Shown: positions 55,013-64,000 of the stretch, one piece after another
Layout: every line of letters starts with the position of its first letter
Position numbering within the stretch: position 1 is the first letter of the stretch
Assembly: GCA_036490175.1 (NCBI GenBank)
Contig: DASXEJ010000343.1
Location: forward strand, 18,365-82,364
Direction of reading: 5' to 3'
From: Pirellulales bacterium
GTDB taxonomy: Bacteria > Planctomycetota > Planctomycetia > Pirellulales > JACPPG01
Length of the DNA stretch: 64,000 nt
Made by a program: the position numbers and the translations under genes
The notes under the pieces: generated by a model
The model's input: only the letters and a program-made list of their open reading frames with translations
Told to the model about the DNA's origin: nothing
The model's database searches: none

Positions 55013-58000
55013 ATGACTGAAAATGTGCCGCGGCTCGCTCGCGTGTCCTGCCGGATCATCGCAATTGCCGTCATCATCTCCTTTCGCGCGTCCATCGGCG
55101 CGGCCGAGCCGGCACGTATTGCAGAGTCGGGCAGCCAGAATCCGCACGCCGGGAATCTCGCCGCTGAATTAGACGAAGCCGAGGATGAAAACGGCCCACT
55201 GGTTTTGCCAGCCGGGTTGCGTGCCGAATACACGGCCGCTACGAAAACCGTAACGCGTATCGACACGGCCTTGCGATTCTCCTGGAAGGACGAGCCGGCC
55301 GACCCGCGGCTGCTGCTTGGCGATTTCACCGCGCGTTGGACGGGCAAGTTGCTGGTCGTCGCACCGGGAGTTCATACATTCCATTTGTTTGTGGCCGGCG
55401 GCGAAGCTCGTTTGACGCTCGATGGCAAGCTGCTCATCGAGCGTGACGTCGCCGAACCGCAGTGGCTCGACACTGCTGCGCTCGACTTGGATTATGGACA
55501 CCACACGATCGAGATAACATTCAGTCGGCATGGCCTCGCGGCACAGCTTGGCCTGTATTGGTCGGGCGCGCGGTTCCAGTTAGAGCGAATTCCCGAGCGA
55601 TATTTGTTTCACGATCCGCAGCCCTCGGCCGACGAGCAATTCACCCAGGGACGCCGTCTGGCGCGAGGGCTGCGCTGCGCCAACTGTCATGAACTGCCCG
55701 ACGTGATGCCGGCTCCCTTGGCTCCCTCGCTGGAAAGACTGGCGGGCAATATTTCGCGTGCCAGGCTCATGGATTGGATCGGCGGTCGCCGGGCACACCC
55801 GTCGGCCGATTCCGGTAAGAAGTCGACGCGCGATCCCGACCAGGCCGACGTCCATGCGAAACAATCTGCACACGGTGCCGTTGCGGCCGGAATCGCTGCG
55901 CAGGAAATAGACGACGTTAAGTTTCGCATGCCCGGCTTGGGACTGAGCCGCGAAGAGGCGCGCCATATCGTGGCCTTTTTGCTTGACGAGAAGGCTGTCA
56001 CTGCTGGCGTTGATCCTGCGCACAATAGCGCCCAAAAAGGCGCAGAAGACGGTTCCGAGAACACGGCCGATGCCCAGGCGGGCGAGCAGCTGTTCAATTC
56101 GTTGGGGTGCCTGGCGTGCCATGTGATGGGCGACCTGGGATCGCCACGCCTGGCTGGCGGCGGCGATCTATCAACGGTCGGTGGCAAACGACCGCCTGAC
56201 TTTTTCACGCGGTGGCTTGCCGACCCGGCGCAGTCGAACCCTGCCCATCGGATGCCTGTGTTTCCGCTCGACGATGATGAGCGCCGGGATCTGGCGGCCT
56301 ATCTGGCGGCGCGCGTCGACGAGCAGCCGGGCAAGCCACCGCCGAATGACGAAATCGAGGAAAACCAGGACGGTGACGTGCAGCGGGGCGTTCAACTTGT
56401 CACGGCCCATCATTGCGGCGCCTGCCACGCACTGCCTGCCGCGCCAGGCGCGAAACCTGCCGCTTTAGCCGCGCCGCAGCGGCGGCGTTTGCCGAAACAA
56501 ACCGATTGGAACCGTAGCTGCCTCGGCGAGCCTGACGTCGCGCATGCCCGGCCCGGCTATCGGCTTCGTCCCGAACAGCGTGAGGCTATTATCGCCTACC
56601 TGAGCGAAATGTCGCACGATGCTGCGCCGCGACACGACGACGGGCGCGATCCTACCTCCAATCACCCGTTCGATGGCGCGCGGATCTTTGCCGAACGTAA
56701 CTGCACGGGCTGTCATAGTCGTGGTTTGGCGCCGGGTATTGCCGAGCGATTGCCCGCGGTTGCCGCAGCGCATCCTGAACTGGCACGCGCCCTGGCAGCG
56801 CTGGCACCCCCTTCGCTCGACGATATCGGCGACAAACTCGAGCGTGCCGCCATTCTGCAGGCTGTGACAACGACGGTGCCGCCACGCCGCCCATGGCTCA
56901 AAATCCGCATGCCGCGATTTGCATTCGTCGCGGGCGAGGTCGAAGCCCTTGCTGATTGGTTGATCGCAGCCGATCGTTTGCCCGAGCACGGTATGCCCGC
57001 GCGTGGCAGCTTTGCCGAACGGCCGCTCGATGATGAGTCGTTATCGGTCGCCGGACGTCGCCTGGTTACGTCCGAAGGATTTGGCTGCGCGAGCTGTCAC
57101 CAGATTGGCAAGTCGATTCCCAAGCAAGACAATCTGGCCGCGCTGGGGACTGATCTTTCGCTGGTCGGGCAACGGATACGTCGCGCCTGGTTTGATCGCT
57201 GGGTGCGCAATCCCGCGAGGATTGTGCCTCGCATGGAAATGCCGGCAATCGAGATTCCTGTACCCGGCGTGCTTGACGATGCGCTGGCCGATCAACTTGC
57301 CGCGGTCTGGCATGTCTTGAATCGTCCCGGCTTTACGCCCCCTGCGGCCGGCGCGCTGCGCGTGGTGCGCACGCGCAATATGTCTGACGAGCCAGAGCCT
57401 GCGGCCGTGCTGACCGATGTATTGCGCGTCGACAAGCGGGCCTTCGTGCGGCCGCTGGTGCTTGGGCTGCCGAATCGTCACTCCGTTTTGTTCGATTGCG
57501 AAGAGAACCGGCTGGCCGGCTGGTGGTTGGGTGACGTTGCCCGCGAACGGACCGAGGGAAAGCGTTGGTTTTGGGAGCCAGGGGGTACGCACGTGCTGGC
57601 GATTGCGTCGCGCGGCGCGAGCGAACTCACCATCCGACAGTCAGGTCGAGTTAGGGATCCGATTCGCTCTAGACAGTGCGCGGCCGAACTGGATGCGTGG
57701 CGGCATGTGCCAGGTGGTGTGGCGTTTGATTATCGGTTGGCATTCGATTCGGCCGGCGAAGGTCACCGCTGCGAACTGCACGTGACACAAACGGTAAATG
57801 CCATTCCAGCCAATACGCCGAACGTGCGGAACGGATTCCGTCGTCGCATTGAGATCCAGCGCGCGCCTGCGGACGTCGAGATTCAATGGCGGCTGTTGCT
57901 AGCGGACGTGGCGGGTCGAATCCTGGGACAGTCCTTCACGACAACGGATGGCGCAGCAGGTCAGGTAACGGTGCGGTTGGTCGAACCGGCGGCCGCGCTG

Positions 58001-59551
58001 GCGGTTGAGGCGGGATCGCCGGTGGCGCGTCTGGTGGCGAACCGTGACGCGAAGGTGATCATTTTCAAAGCGGAATATACAAGCGAGGTTGCGGCCGATC
58101 GTTATCCGACGCGATTGCCCGCACCCGCGGCGCGCCCTGCGGTGCAACTGGCGTGCGTGCCGGGCTTCGACGGAATAAGGTTACCGCTGCCCATCACCGA
58201 GATGCCCACCGGTTTTGCCTGGCGGCGCGACGGCACGCTCATGTTCGCCTCGCTCAAGGGGCAAGTTTGGTTGGCGCCCGACAGCGACGGCGACGGATTG
58301 CCCGACGGCTTGCGGCCTCTTTCCGATGAATTGGCGGCGCCCTATGGGCTGGCCGATCGCGGCGATGCCGTCGACGTCATCAATAAGAACGGCCTACTGC
58401 GGCTATCGGAATTCGATGCCCAAGGATATGCGCAGCGTACCGAAGTCGTGGCCGACGGGTGGGGGCATACCGAGGACTATCACGATTGGGCCGTGGGGCT
58501 GGTCGGCGACGGTGCCGATGGGTATTACGTCGCGCTGCCATGCCGACAGAATCAACGTAGCGATGCGTCGGCCTTGATGCGCGGTCAAGGATTGCACCTG
58601 CTGCCGCGCACGCCGACGTCCGATGATCCACGCCGCTATGCGGTCGAGCCCTTCTGCGCGGGTTTGCGCTTTCCCATGGGTTTGGCCATCAATCGCGCGG
58701 GCGCACTGTTCGCCACCGACAACCAAGGAAACTACAACCCGTTTAACGAACTGAACCACCTGGTGCCGGGCGCGCATTATGGTTTCTTCCACAAGAGTGA
58801 AAGCCACGCCGCCGCGCCCGAGCGCCGCGATCCGGCCGTCGAGATTCCTCACCCCTGGACCCGCAGCGTCAACGGCATTTGTTTTCTGGAAACGCCTGCC
58901 GCGTTGCGCGCACAATCTGGAAAAGACATGTTCGGGCCGTGGGAGGGGCATCTGGTCGGTTGCGAGTACGACACGCGACGTCTGGTCCGCATGAGCCTCG
59001 AGATGGTCGGCACGACGTACCAGGGAGCCGTCTATCCACTCAGTATCGAGCCGGCCGAAGGCGCCGACACGTTCGAGGGTCCCATTGCGTGCGCGATTGC
59101 GCCGGATGGGTCGTTGTATGTCGGCAACATGCGTGACAGTGGTTGGGGCGCCGGCCAGAACACGGGTTCGATCGTTCGGCTGCGCCCCCACGGGCCACTT
59201 CCTGGCGGCATCGCGGTAGTGCGTGCCGCGGCCGACGGATTTACCATTCAATTTGCCGCGCCAGTCGTGCAGCAGGCCGCCGCGAAGCCGGCCAACTACT
59301 CGGTTGTCTCGTATCGGCGCATCCCGACGGCGGACTATGGCGGACCGGACATCGATCGCCAGGATTTGCGCGTTCGCGCCGTGAATCTATCCGCAGATGG
59401 ACAGAGCGCGAGAATCGAAGTCGACCCGCTGCGTGCTGGCTTCGTTTACGAAATTCGCGTCAAGAATCTCGCACCGCCGGGGGAACCGTTCTTTCCGGCC
59501 GAGGCGTATTACACGTTACGAGCCGTGCCGAACGGAGGGGATTCGCAGTAG
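55013..59551 (+). CDS. ~1510-aa secreted PA14 domain + five CxxCH cytochrome c domains + beta-propeller (SGL/dehydrogenase-like) protein
   Basis: ATG 55013 (MTENVPRLARVSCRIIAIAVIISF..), or GTG 54986 overlapping the upstream stop. PA14-like segment ..FTARWTGKLLVVAPGVHTFHLFVAGGEARLTLDGKLL... Heme motifs CANCH, CLACH, CGACH, CTGCH, CASCH. C-terminal propeller ..FATDNQGNYNPFNELNHL... Confidence 0.9.
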   Translation: MTENVPRLARVSCRIIAIAVIISFRASIGAAEPARIAESGSQNPHAGNLAAELDEAEDENGPLVLPAGLRAEYTAATKTVTRIDTALRFSWKDEPADPRLLLGDFTARWTGKLLVVAPGVHTFHLFVAGGEARLTLDGKLLIERDVAEPQWLDTAALDLDYGHHTIEITFSRHGLAAQLGLYWSGARFQLERIPERYLFHDPQPSADEQFTQGRRLARGLRCANCHELPDVMPAPLAPSLERLAGNISRARLMDWIGGRRAHPSADSGKKSTRDPDQADVHAKQSAHGAVAAGIAAQEIDDVKFRMPGLGLSREEARHIVAFLLDEKAVTAGVDPAHNSAQKGAEDGSENTADAQAGEQLFNSLGCLACHVMGDLGSPRLAGGGDLSTVGGKRPPDFFTRWLADPAQSNPAHRMPVFPLDDDERRDLAAYLAARVDEQPGKPPPNDEIEENQDGDVQRGVQLVTAHHCGACHALPAAPGAKPAALAAPQRRRLPKQTDWNRSCLGEPDVAHARPGYRLRPEQREAIIAYLSEMSHDAAPRHDDGRDPTSNHPFDGARIFAERNCTGCHSRGLAPGIAERLPAVAAAHPELARALAALAPPSLDDIGDKLERAAILQAVTTTVPPRRPWLKIRMPRFAFVAGEVEALADWLIAADRLPEHGMPARGSFAERPLDDESLSVAGRRLVTSEGFGCASCHQIGKSIPKQDNLAALGTDLSLVGQRIRRAWFDRWVRNPARIVPRMEMPAIEIPVPGVLDDALADQLAAVWHVLNRPGFTPPAAGALRVVRTRNMSDEPEPAAVLTDVLRVDKRAFVRPLVLGLPNRHSVLFDCEENRLAGWWLGDVARERTEGKRWFWEPGGTHVLAIASRGASELTIRQSGRVRDPIRSRQCAAELDAWRHVPGGVAFDYRLAFDSAGEGHRCELHVTQTVNAIPANTPNVRNGFRRRIEIQRAPADVEIQWRLLLADVAGRILGQSFTTTDGAAGQVTVRLVEPAAALAVEAGSPVARLVANRDAKVIIFKAEYTSEVAADRYPTRLPAPAARPAVQLACVPGFDGIRLPLPITEMPTGFAWRRDGTLMFASLKGQVWLAPDSDGDGLPDGLRPLSDELAAPYGLADRGDAVDVINKNGLLRLSEFDAQGYAQRTEVVADGWGHTEDYHDWAVGLVGDGADGYYVALPCRQNQRSDASALMRGQGLHLLPRTPTSDDPRRYAVEPFCAGLRFPMGLAINRAGALFATDNQGNYNPFNELNHLVPGAHYGFFHKSESHAAAPERRDPAVEIPHPWTRSVNGICFLETPAALRAQSGKDMFGPWEGHLVGCEYDTRRLVRMSLEMVGTTYQGAVYPLSIEPAEGADTFEGPIACAIAPDGSLYVGNMRDSGWGAGQNTGSIVRLRPHGPLPGGIAVVRAAADGFTIQFAAPVVQQAAAKPANYSVVSYRRIPTADYGGPDIDRQDLRVRAVNLSADGQSARIEVDPLRAGFVYEIRVKNLAPPGEPFFPAEAYYTLRAVPNGGDSQ

Positions 59552-59760
59552 TCAGTATTGACTAAGTGGTCGCCAGCTGGCGAAGGAATTTTGCTTGAAG
59601 AGTTCTGCGGAAGTTGTCGCTGGCATCGGTCGGGATACAAGCGACCCTGTGATGCGAGAGCGTGCGGCGCGGTGTGCTTGCGAGAATCTTGCAGGTAACC
59701 GAGAATCAGCGGCGCGAACACGCCACCGAACACCTCGTCTGAGATCCGCGAGCCACGGTT

Positions 59761-60480
59761 ATGGATTTGCCCGGACTGAATAGCCTGCCCGAGGCGTTTC
59801 GTGAACCACTGCGGCATTACGCCGAGCGGCTAAGTGATTTTGGCAGCCCACACGTATTGGGCCTGACCTTGTATGGGGCGATTGCCGGGCCGGGTTTTGA
59901 TGCCAGCGTACACACGATTCGCAATGTTCTCTTCATCGACGCCGTGGGGCTGGGCATCCTGCGAAAAATTTCTACCGAAGGATACCGCTTCGGCCGCAAT
60001 TACATCACGGCCCCGCTGGTGACGACGCCGGAATTCCTGCAAGCGTCGCTCGATACATTTCCGCTGGAGCTGATCGAGGTGCAAGAGCGGCGGCTGGTGC
60101 TGTTTGGCGAAGACTATTTCGCTAGCATCGCGCCGGAAGCGGCGCACGTGCGTCTGCAATGCGAGCGCGAGTTGAAAGTGCTGGCCGTCGGCATGCGGCA
60201 GGCCGTGGTGGCCGACGGCGCGAGCGAGGCCGCGTTGCGGCGCGCCGCGACGCCCACGATTTACAGCGTGCTGCGCGTATTGCGGGGGCTGCTCTGGTTG
60301 AAGAACCGCCGCGAACCGTTGCAGGCTACCGCCGTGCTGGTCGAAGTCGAGAATCTGGCCGGGCGGCACCTGCCCGGGATTCGCCAGGCGTTCGAAGCGC
60401 CGGCCTCGATCGATTGGTTGGTCTTTGAAAAACTGTACGACGATATCGAGGCTCTGGGACATCTTTCCGATGGCTGGTAG
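59761..60480 (+). CDS. Hypothetical protein (239 aa)
   Basis: ATG start, coding-like composition, and an 11-nt overlap with the downstream TPM gene. A vague resemblance to nucleotidyltransferase-fold/helical proteins is not supported by motifs. Confidence 0.6.
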   Translation: MDLPGLNSLPEAFREPLRHYAERLSDFGSPHVLGLTLYGAIAGPGFDASVHTIRNVLFIDAVGLGILRKISTEGYRFGRNYITAPLVTTPEFLQASLDTFPLELIEVQERRLVLFGEDYFASIAPEAAHVRLQCERELKVLAVGMRQAVVADGASEAALRRAATPTIYSVLRVLRGLLWLKNRREPLQATAVLVEVENLAGRHLPGIRQAFEAPASIDWLVFEKLYDDIEALGHLSDGW

Positions 60481-61300
60481 GCCGACCGCGAGCAACGTGC
60501 TATGCGTGGCACTGATCGCCGTGGCCTTGGCCGCGCATGCGCGGGCCGAGGTTACGGTGCGCGATCCTGGCACGCGCATCGTAGACGAGGCCCACGTCAT
60601 CGACGCGGACACGAAGCAAAAGCTGGAAGGATATCTCGAAGAGCTCGAACAAAAAACCACGGCACAGGTGAAAGTGCTGACCGTGCACAATGACGACGGC
60701 GAAGATATCGCGTCGTTTGCTCAGCGACACTTCGACCTGTGGAAGCTGGGACAGAAGGGCAAGGACAACGGTGTTTTGATTGCCCTGGACGTAGACGACC
60801 ACAAGGTCAGCATCTTGACCGGCTATGGCGTCGAAGGGGACCTGCCGGATTCTTTTTGTGGCACCTTGCGACGAAAGATCACCGATCAATACTTCCGCGG
60901 CGGCCAATATGCCGAAGGCCTGTTGCAGATGGCCGTTGCCATCGCCAACAAGATTGCCGACGATCAACACGTCAAGCTGCTGGGCGTGCCCGATATTCGG
61001 CATGAAGTGCCCGACGAGACCAGCTACGCGGCGCTGTTCATGCTGCTGTTCTTCGCCGCGGTCTTGATGTACCTGCTCTATTCCACGATGCAGCGCGAAC
61101 GCCACCGCCAGGTGTGGCGTGGCGACCTGACCGATATCTCGTACTGGGGACGCGTGTTGGGAGATATCTTCGCCAGCGGCGGCGGCTCGACCTGGAGCAG
61201 TGGTTCGGGCGGCGGATTTGGTGGCGGCGGAGGAGGGGGTGGAGGATCCTTCGGCGGCGGGGGCAGCTCAGGCGGCGGTGGCAGCAGCGGTGGATGGTGA
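60470..61300 (+). CDS. TPM-domain (YgcG-like) protein with TM segment and Gly-rich C-terminal tail
   Basis: Signal peptide. ..IVDEAHVIDADTKQKLEGYLEELEQKTTAQVKVLTV..GVLIALDVDDHKVSILTGYGVEGDLPD... TM segment AALFMLLFFAAVLMYLLY. Tail GGGFGGGGGGGGGSFGGGGSSGGGGSSGGW. Confidence 0.85.
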   Translation: MAGRPTASNVLCVALIAVALAAHARAEVTVRDPGTRIVDEAHVIDADTKQKLEGYLEELEQKTTAQVKVLTVHNDDGEDIASFAQRHFDLWKLGQKGKDNGVLIALDVDDHKVSILTGYGVEGDLPDSFCGTLRRKITDQYFRGGQYAEGLLQMAVAIANKIADDQHVKLLGVPDIRHEVPDETSYAALFMLLFFAAVLMYLLYSTMQRERHRQVWRGDLTDISYWGRVLGDIFASGGGSTWSSGSGGGFGGGGGGGGGSFGGGGSSGGGGSSGGW

Positions 61301-61378
61301 GTTAAGATCGAGCTTGCCGTGTCTCCCCGCAGGGGCCACATGCCTCGTCCGCTGCGCTTGAATGGTGGAGGAAACGTG

Positions 61379-62347
61379 ATGAATCGCCGCCGATTCCTGA
61401 AAGCTGTGTCGCAGTCGACGGTTTCCCTCGCCTGCATTCCCTACGCACGGAGTTTCGCCGCGGAATCAGGGCCCTCCCAGATCAAGAGTCCTGTCGTCGA
61501 TGCACACATGCACGTGTGGATCAACGATCCCGGCCGCTTTCCTTTTGCCCATCCCTATCAGCGTGACTATCAACCGCCCGACGCGCCCGGCACTGTTGAC
61601 GTGTTGCTGGCCGACATGGACGCCAACGCAGTCACACATGCTGTGCTGGTGCAAACAATCTGCCACGGCTGGGATAATCGCTACACGGCGCATTGCGTGC
61701 GCGCCTGTCCTACGCGGCTGCGTGGTCATGGTCTAATTGATCCGGTCGATCCTCACGTGGCCGATAAATTGAGTTACTGGATGTCCGAGCAGGGCCTATC
61801 GGGCATGCGCTTCAGCCCGATCTACTACAAAGGCAAAGACGACTGGATGACGTCGCAGGCGCATGTCCGTTTGTGGAAAAAAGCGACCGAATTGGGCGCG
61901 ATCTTCAACTTCTTTGTCGCCACCGATCAGCTGCCCAAGCTGGCAATGATGATCGAGCAATTTCCGGCCGTGCCGGTGGTGATCGATCATCTCAGTCAGA
62001 TCGATTTGGGCGCTGCGGATCCGCTGCCCGAGATGAAGAAGCTGCTGGCGCTGGCGCGGTATCCCAACGTGCGGGTCAAAGTCTCGGAGCTGACGTCCGT
62101 CTCCAAATCGCACGAGTATCCGTTTGCCGATGCGCTGCCGTGGGTGCGGATGGTCTACGATGCTTTCGGGCCATCGCGTTTGCTGTGGGGCACCGGCTAT
62201 CCAGGTCCGGCTCGCGCCTTCTACAAACGGCCCACATTGGCCGACGAGCTGACGTTAGTACGCGAGAAGATTCCCTTCTTCACCGCCGAAGATCAGCAAA
62301 AAATTCTTGGCGAGAACGCCGCCGCGATATGGAAGCTAACCGCCTGA
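61379..62347 (+). CDS. Amidohydrolase-2 (metal-dependent TIM-barrel hydrolase) with Tat signal
   Basis: GGAGG-like SD before ATG 61379. MNRRRFLKAV.. twin-arginine signal. VVDAHMHVW and VVIDHLS motifs. Confidence 0.85.
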   Translation: MNRRRFLKAVSQSTVSLACIPYARSFAAESGPSQIKSPVVDAHMHVWINDPGRFPFAHPYQRDYQPPDAPGTVDVLLADMDANAVTHAVLVQTICHGWDNRYTAHCVRACPTRLRGHGLIDPVDPHVADKLSYWMSEQGLSGMRFSPIYYKGKDDWMTSQAHVRLWKKATELGAIFNFFVATDQLPKLAMMIEQFPAVPVVIDHLSQIDLGAADPLPEMKKLLALARYPNVRVKVSELTSVSKSHEYPFADALPWVRMVYDAFGPSRLLWGTGYPGPARAFYKRPTLADELTLVREKIPFFTAEDQQKILGENAAAIWKLTA

Positions 62348-62413
62348 TGGGCGGCTTTGCCGTTTCTATGGATAGCCGTCGGAATCCTCCGCCGCGGCGA
62401 ACTTTGGCAATGG

Positions 62414-64000
62414 TCAAACAGGCAGTCCGAGTGCCGTGCGACCGCGGTCGGTCAGTCGGGCCGACGTCCAGGCCGGTTCCCAGGTGAAGTCGACGATCAC
62501 GTCGCGCACGCCTGGCAGTTTTTGCACGCGTTCGCGGATCCCTTCCTCGACGCGGCCGCCCCCTTGGAAAACAAAGAACTGGTACACCGGCCGGCCCCGA
62601 TGGGGCATCGTCAGCACGATGCGTACGACGCCGTTGCGCACGCCGACGTCGTAAACGTAGCCCTTGTCCACGATGTTGGCGTCGATGGCGTACAGTTGTT
62701 CGTCGCGCACCTCGGCCAGCGCCTTCCAGATGGCCGGTTTAAGCGCGGCTGTGTCTGCCGTCTCGCCGGGGCGCGCCAGGGCACGCGGGTTCGCCGTCGC
62801 GCCCTTGAATGCCGTCGGCATTTCGCCGCGCACGGCCAGCGGATTAAGCAACCGGTGACGCGTCTCTTGGATTTTTGTCGCGGCATCCTGCTCGGGATAG
62901 GGTGACATCAGGTAGGCATTCTGCTGTCGGATCGACGCGCCGGTCGTCATGTGTGCCTTGCCGGCCGGATAGCGGCTCCATAATTGGCCGTGGCCGGCAT
63001 AGTGCAAAGTCGGCACACCGCCGTGCGGCAGCGATGCGAGCCCTGCAGCCTCGTGTACCAGTCGCAGCGCGATGAAGGAATCGCGACTGGTGCGATTCAT
63101 GAATCCCACGCCCCACAACGCATCGACCTGGTCTGGCGGGACCGTACCTTCGTGCAGCCGGCCCGACGAGTCGATCCACACGCTGTCTGTAAAGGAATAC
63201 CCGGAAAACACCCACTCGTCGTCGCGGGTGGCCTCGATGTCGAAATCCTGCACCATGTCCATCCGACCCTGCTTCAGGAAATAAGGTGCGCGAGCGTAAA
63301 ACGTGTATTTGATGTCCATATGCATGCGGCTGGGTGTGAACAGCGGGTGCATGGGGCTGGCAGGAAAACCCCAGCGGCGAACCTGCACGCACAACGGACC
63401 GCGGACGACTTCATAATTAGGACAGGCAGGCCAGTTGCGCATGCGCAATTTCTGAAAGTTGCCCTGGTCGACGTAGTCGTGCCCCCAATCGATGTCGGGC
63501 GGCTCGCCATGTCCTTTGCCGCCGGCGTACAGTTCCAGCCCATGCTCGCGCGCATAAGTAAGCCGTTCGAGCTGACCGGTCTGGCGCGAGAGGCGGGCCA
63601 GGTAATGACGGTTCGCAATGTCCAATCCGTACCCCTCGCCTGTCACGCGTAGATCGCTGGCGTAATCGGGTAACTCGGCCTGGGTGTTGCCGTGCAAAAT
63701 CAGGTACGGAGCCGCGTCGTGGGACGCCACATCGGCCAGAAAAACGAGTCGCACCTGCCGCTCGCCCCCGAGTCGCTTTTCGGCATACACTTGGCTGGAC
63801 ACTTCGCGGAGCTTCTTGTCTTCCGCATCCCACTGCGCCACGCGCACTTCGCGTGCCGGATCGACGCATTGATCAGCCGGAAAGGCAACGCTCAGATCCA
63901 CAGGCTCTGCCGCGCGGGCGATGCCGACGGTTTCGAACAGCGTCAGCGGTTTGCAGTACGACCAACCGCGCGCCCAGGCCGCCACGGCCGGCGGCAACTG
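62414..64000 (-). CDS. Fusion of an unknown ~420-aa domain with a C-terminal DUF59/MIP18-like (Fe-S assembly-type) domain; 5' end probably beyond window
   Basis: Frame is open to nt 64000. The C-terminal ~100 aa (..ALAEVRDEQLYAIDANIVDKGYVYDVGVRNGVVRIVLTMPHRG..VRDVIVDFTWEPAWTSARLTDRGRTALGL) is DUF59-like. The upstream part is unrecognised. Confidence 0.7.
   Translation of the reverse strand, partial: QLPPAVAAWARGWSYCKPLTLFETVGIARAAEPVDLSVAFPADQCVDPAREVRVAQWDAEDKKLREVSSQVYAEKRLGGERQVRLVFLADVASHDAAPYLILHGNTQAELPDYASDLRVTGEGYGLDIANRHYLARLSRQTGQLERLTYAREHGLELYAGGKGHGEPPDIDWGHDYVDQGNFQKLRMRNWPACPNYEVVRGPLCVQVRRWGFPASPMHPLFTPSRMHMDIKYTFYARAPYFLKQGRMDMVQDFDIEATRDDEWVFSGYSFTDSVWIDSSGRLHEGTVPPDQVDALWGVGFMNRTSRDSFIALRLVHEAAGLASLPHGGVPTLHYAGHGQLWSRYPAGKAHMTTGASIRQQNAYLMSPYPEQDAATKIQETRHRLLNPLAVRGEMPTAFKGATANPRALARPGETADTAALKPAIWKALAEVRDEQLYAIDANIVDKGYVYDVGVRNGVVRIVLTMPHRGRPVYQFFVFQGGGRVEEGIRERVQKLPGVRDVIVDFTWEPAWTSARLTDRGRTALGLPV

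Noticed and set aside
1-64000. Search for tRNA/rRNA genes, CRISPR arrays, transposases, integrases, phage genes and classical defence genes (restriction-modification, toxin-antitoxin, Cas, nucleases)
   Set aside because: I found no T-loop/acceptor-like tRNA signatures, repeat-spacer arrays or recognisable mobile or defence protein motifs by eye. A tRNAscan/Infernal/defence-finder run would be needed to exclude them formally.

Overview
GC-rich chromosomal segment whose gene content indicates Planctomycetota, probably Pirellulales-like. Supporting markers are a prepilin-type DUF1559 / H-X9-DG protein, a PSCyt1-WD40 + DUF1549/DUF1553 (PSD1) operon, a Tat-signal DUF1501 protein, a sulfatase, PVC-type heme-binding giants, and a dockerin/RTX giant with an N-terminal LEDRRLLS motif. 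I call 38 protein-coding genes, two of them cut by the window edges, plus a few promoters, intrinsic terminators and short intergenic repeats. I recognised no rRNA, tRNA, CRISPR array, transposase, integrase or prophage genes, so this looks like core chromosome rather than an obvious island. All family calls come from reading motifs by eye, with no searches run, and start codons are often uncertain because the ORF track also uses TTG/GTG starts. The best candidate for a poorly understood system is at 1-6.3 kb. There a cyanophycin-synthetase-like ligase with a truncated, P-loop-degenerate Mur-ligase domain (CphA2-like architecture) is divergently paired with an exporter-type ABC transporter carrying an N-terminal PH-like domain and with a DUF1854-like protein, and no cyanophycinase is present in the window. 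Secondary candidates: (1) a tightly linked or translationally coupled pair of giant secreted redox proteins at 49.8-59.6 kb (NodB + FG-GAP + beta-propeller + HEAT + cytochrome c + CBM-like, then PA14 + five CxxCH + beta-propeller); (2) a thioredoxin-fold / CxxCH / PHM-like copper-monooxygenase fusion; (3) a secreted protein interrupted by a 46-residue Gly/Met tract; (4) a MoxR-DUF58-DUF4129 operon; (5) a consensus trxA promoter with a perfect palindrome in its spacer; (6) an AT-rich repeat-dense spacer between convergent genes at about 33.4 kb.
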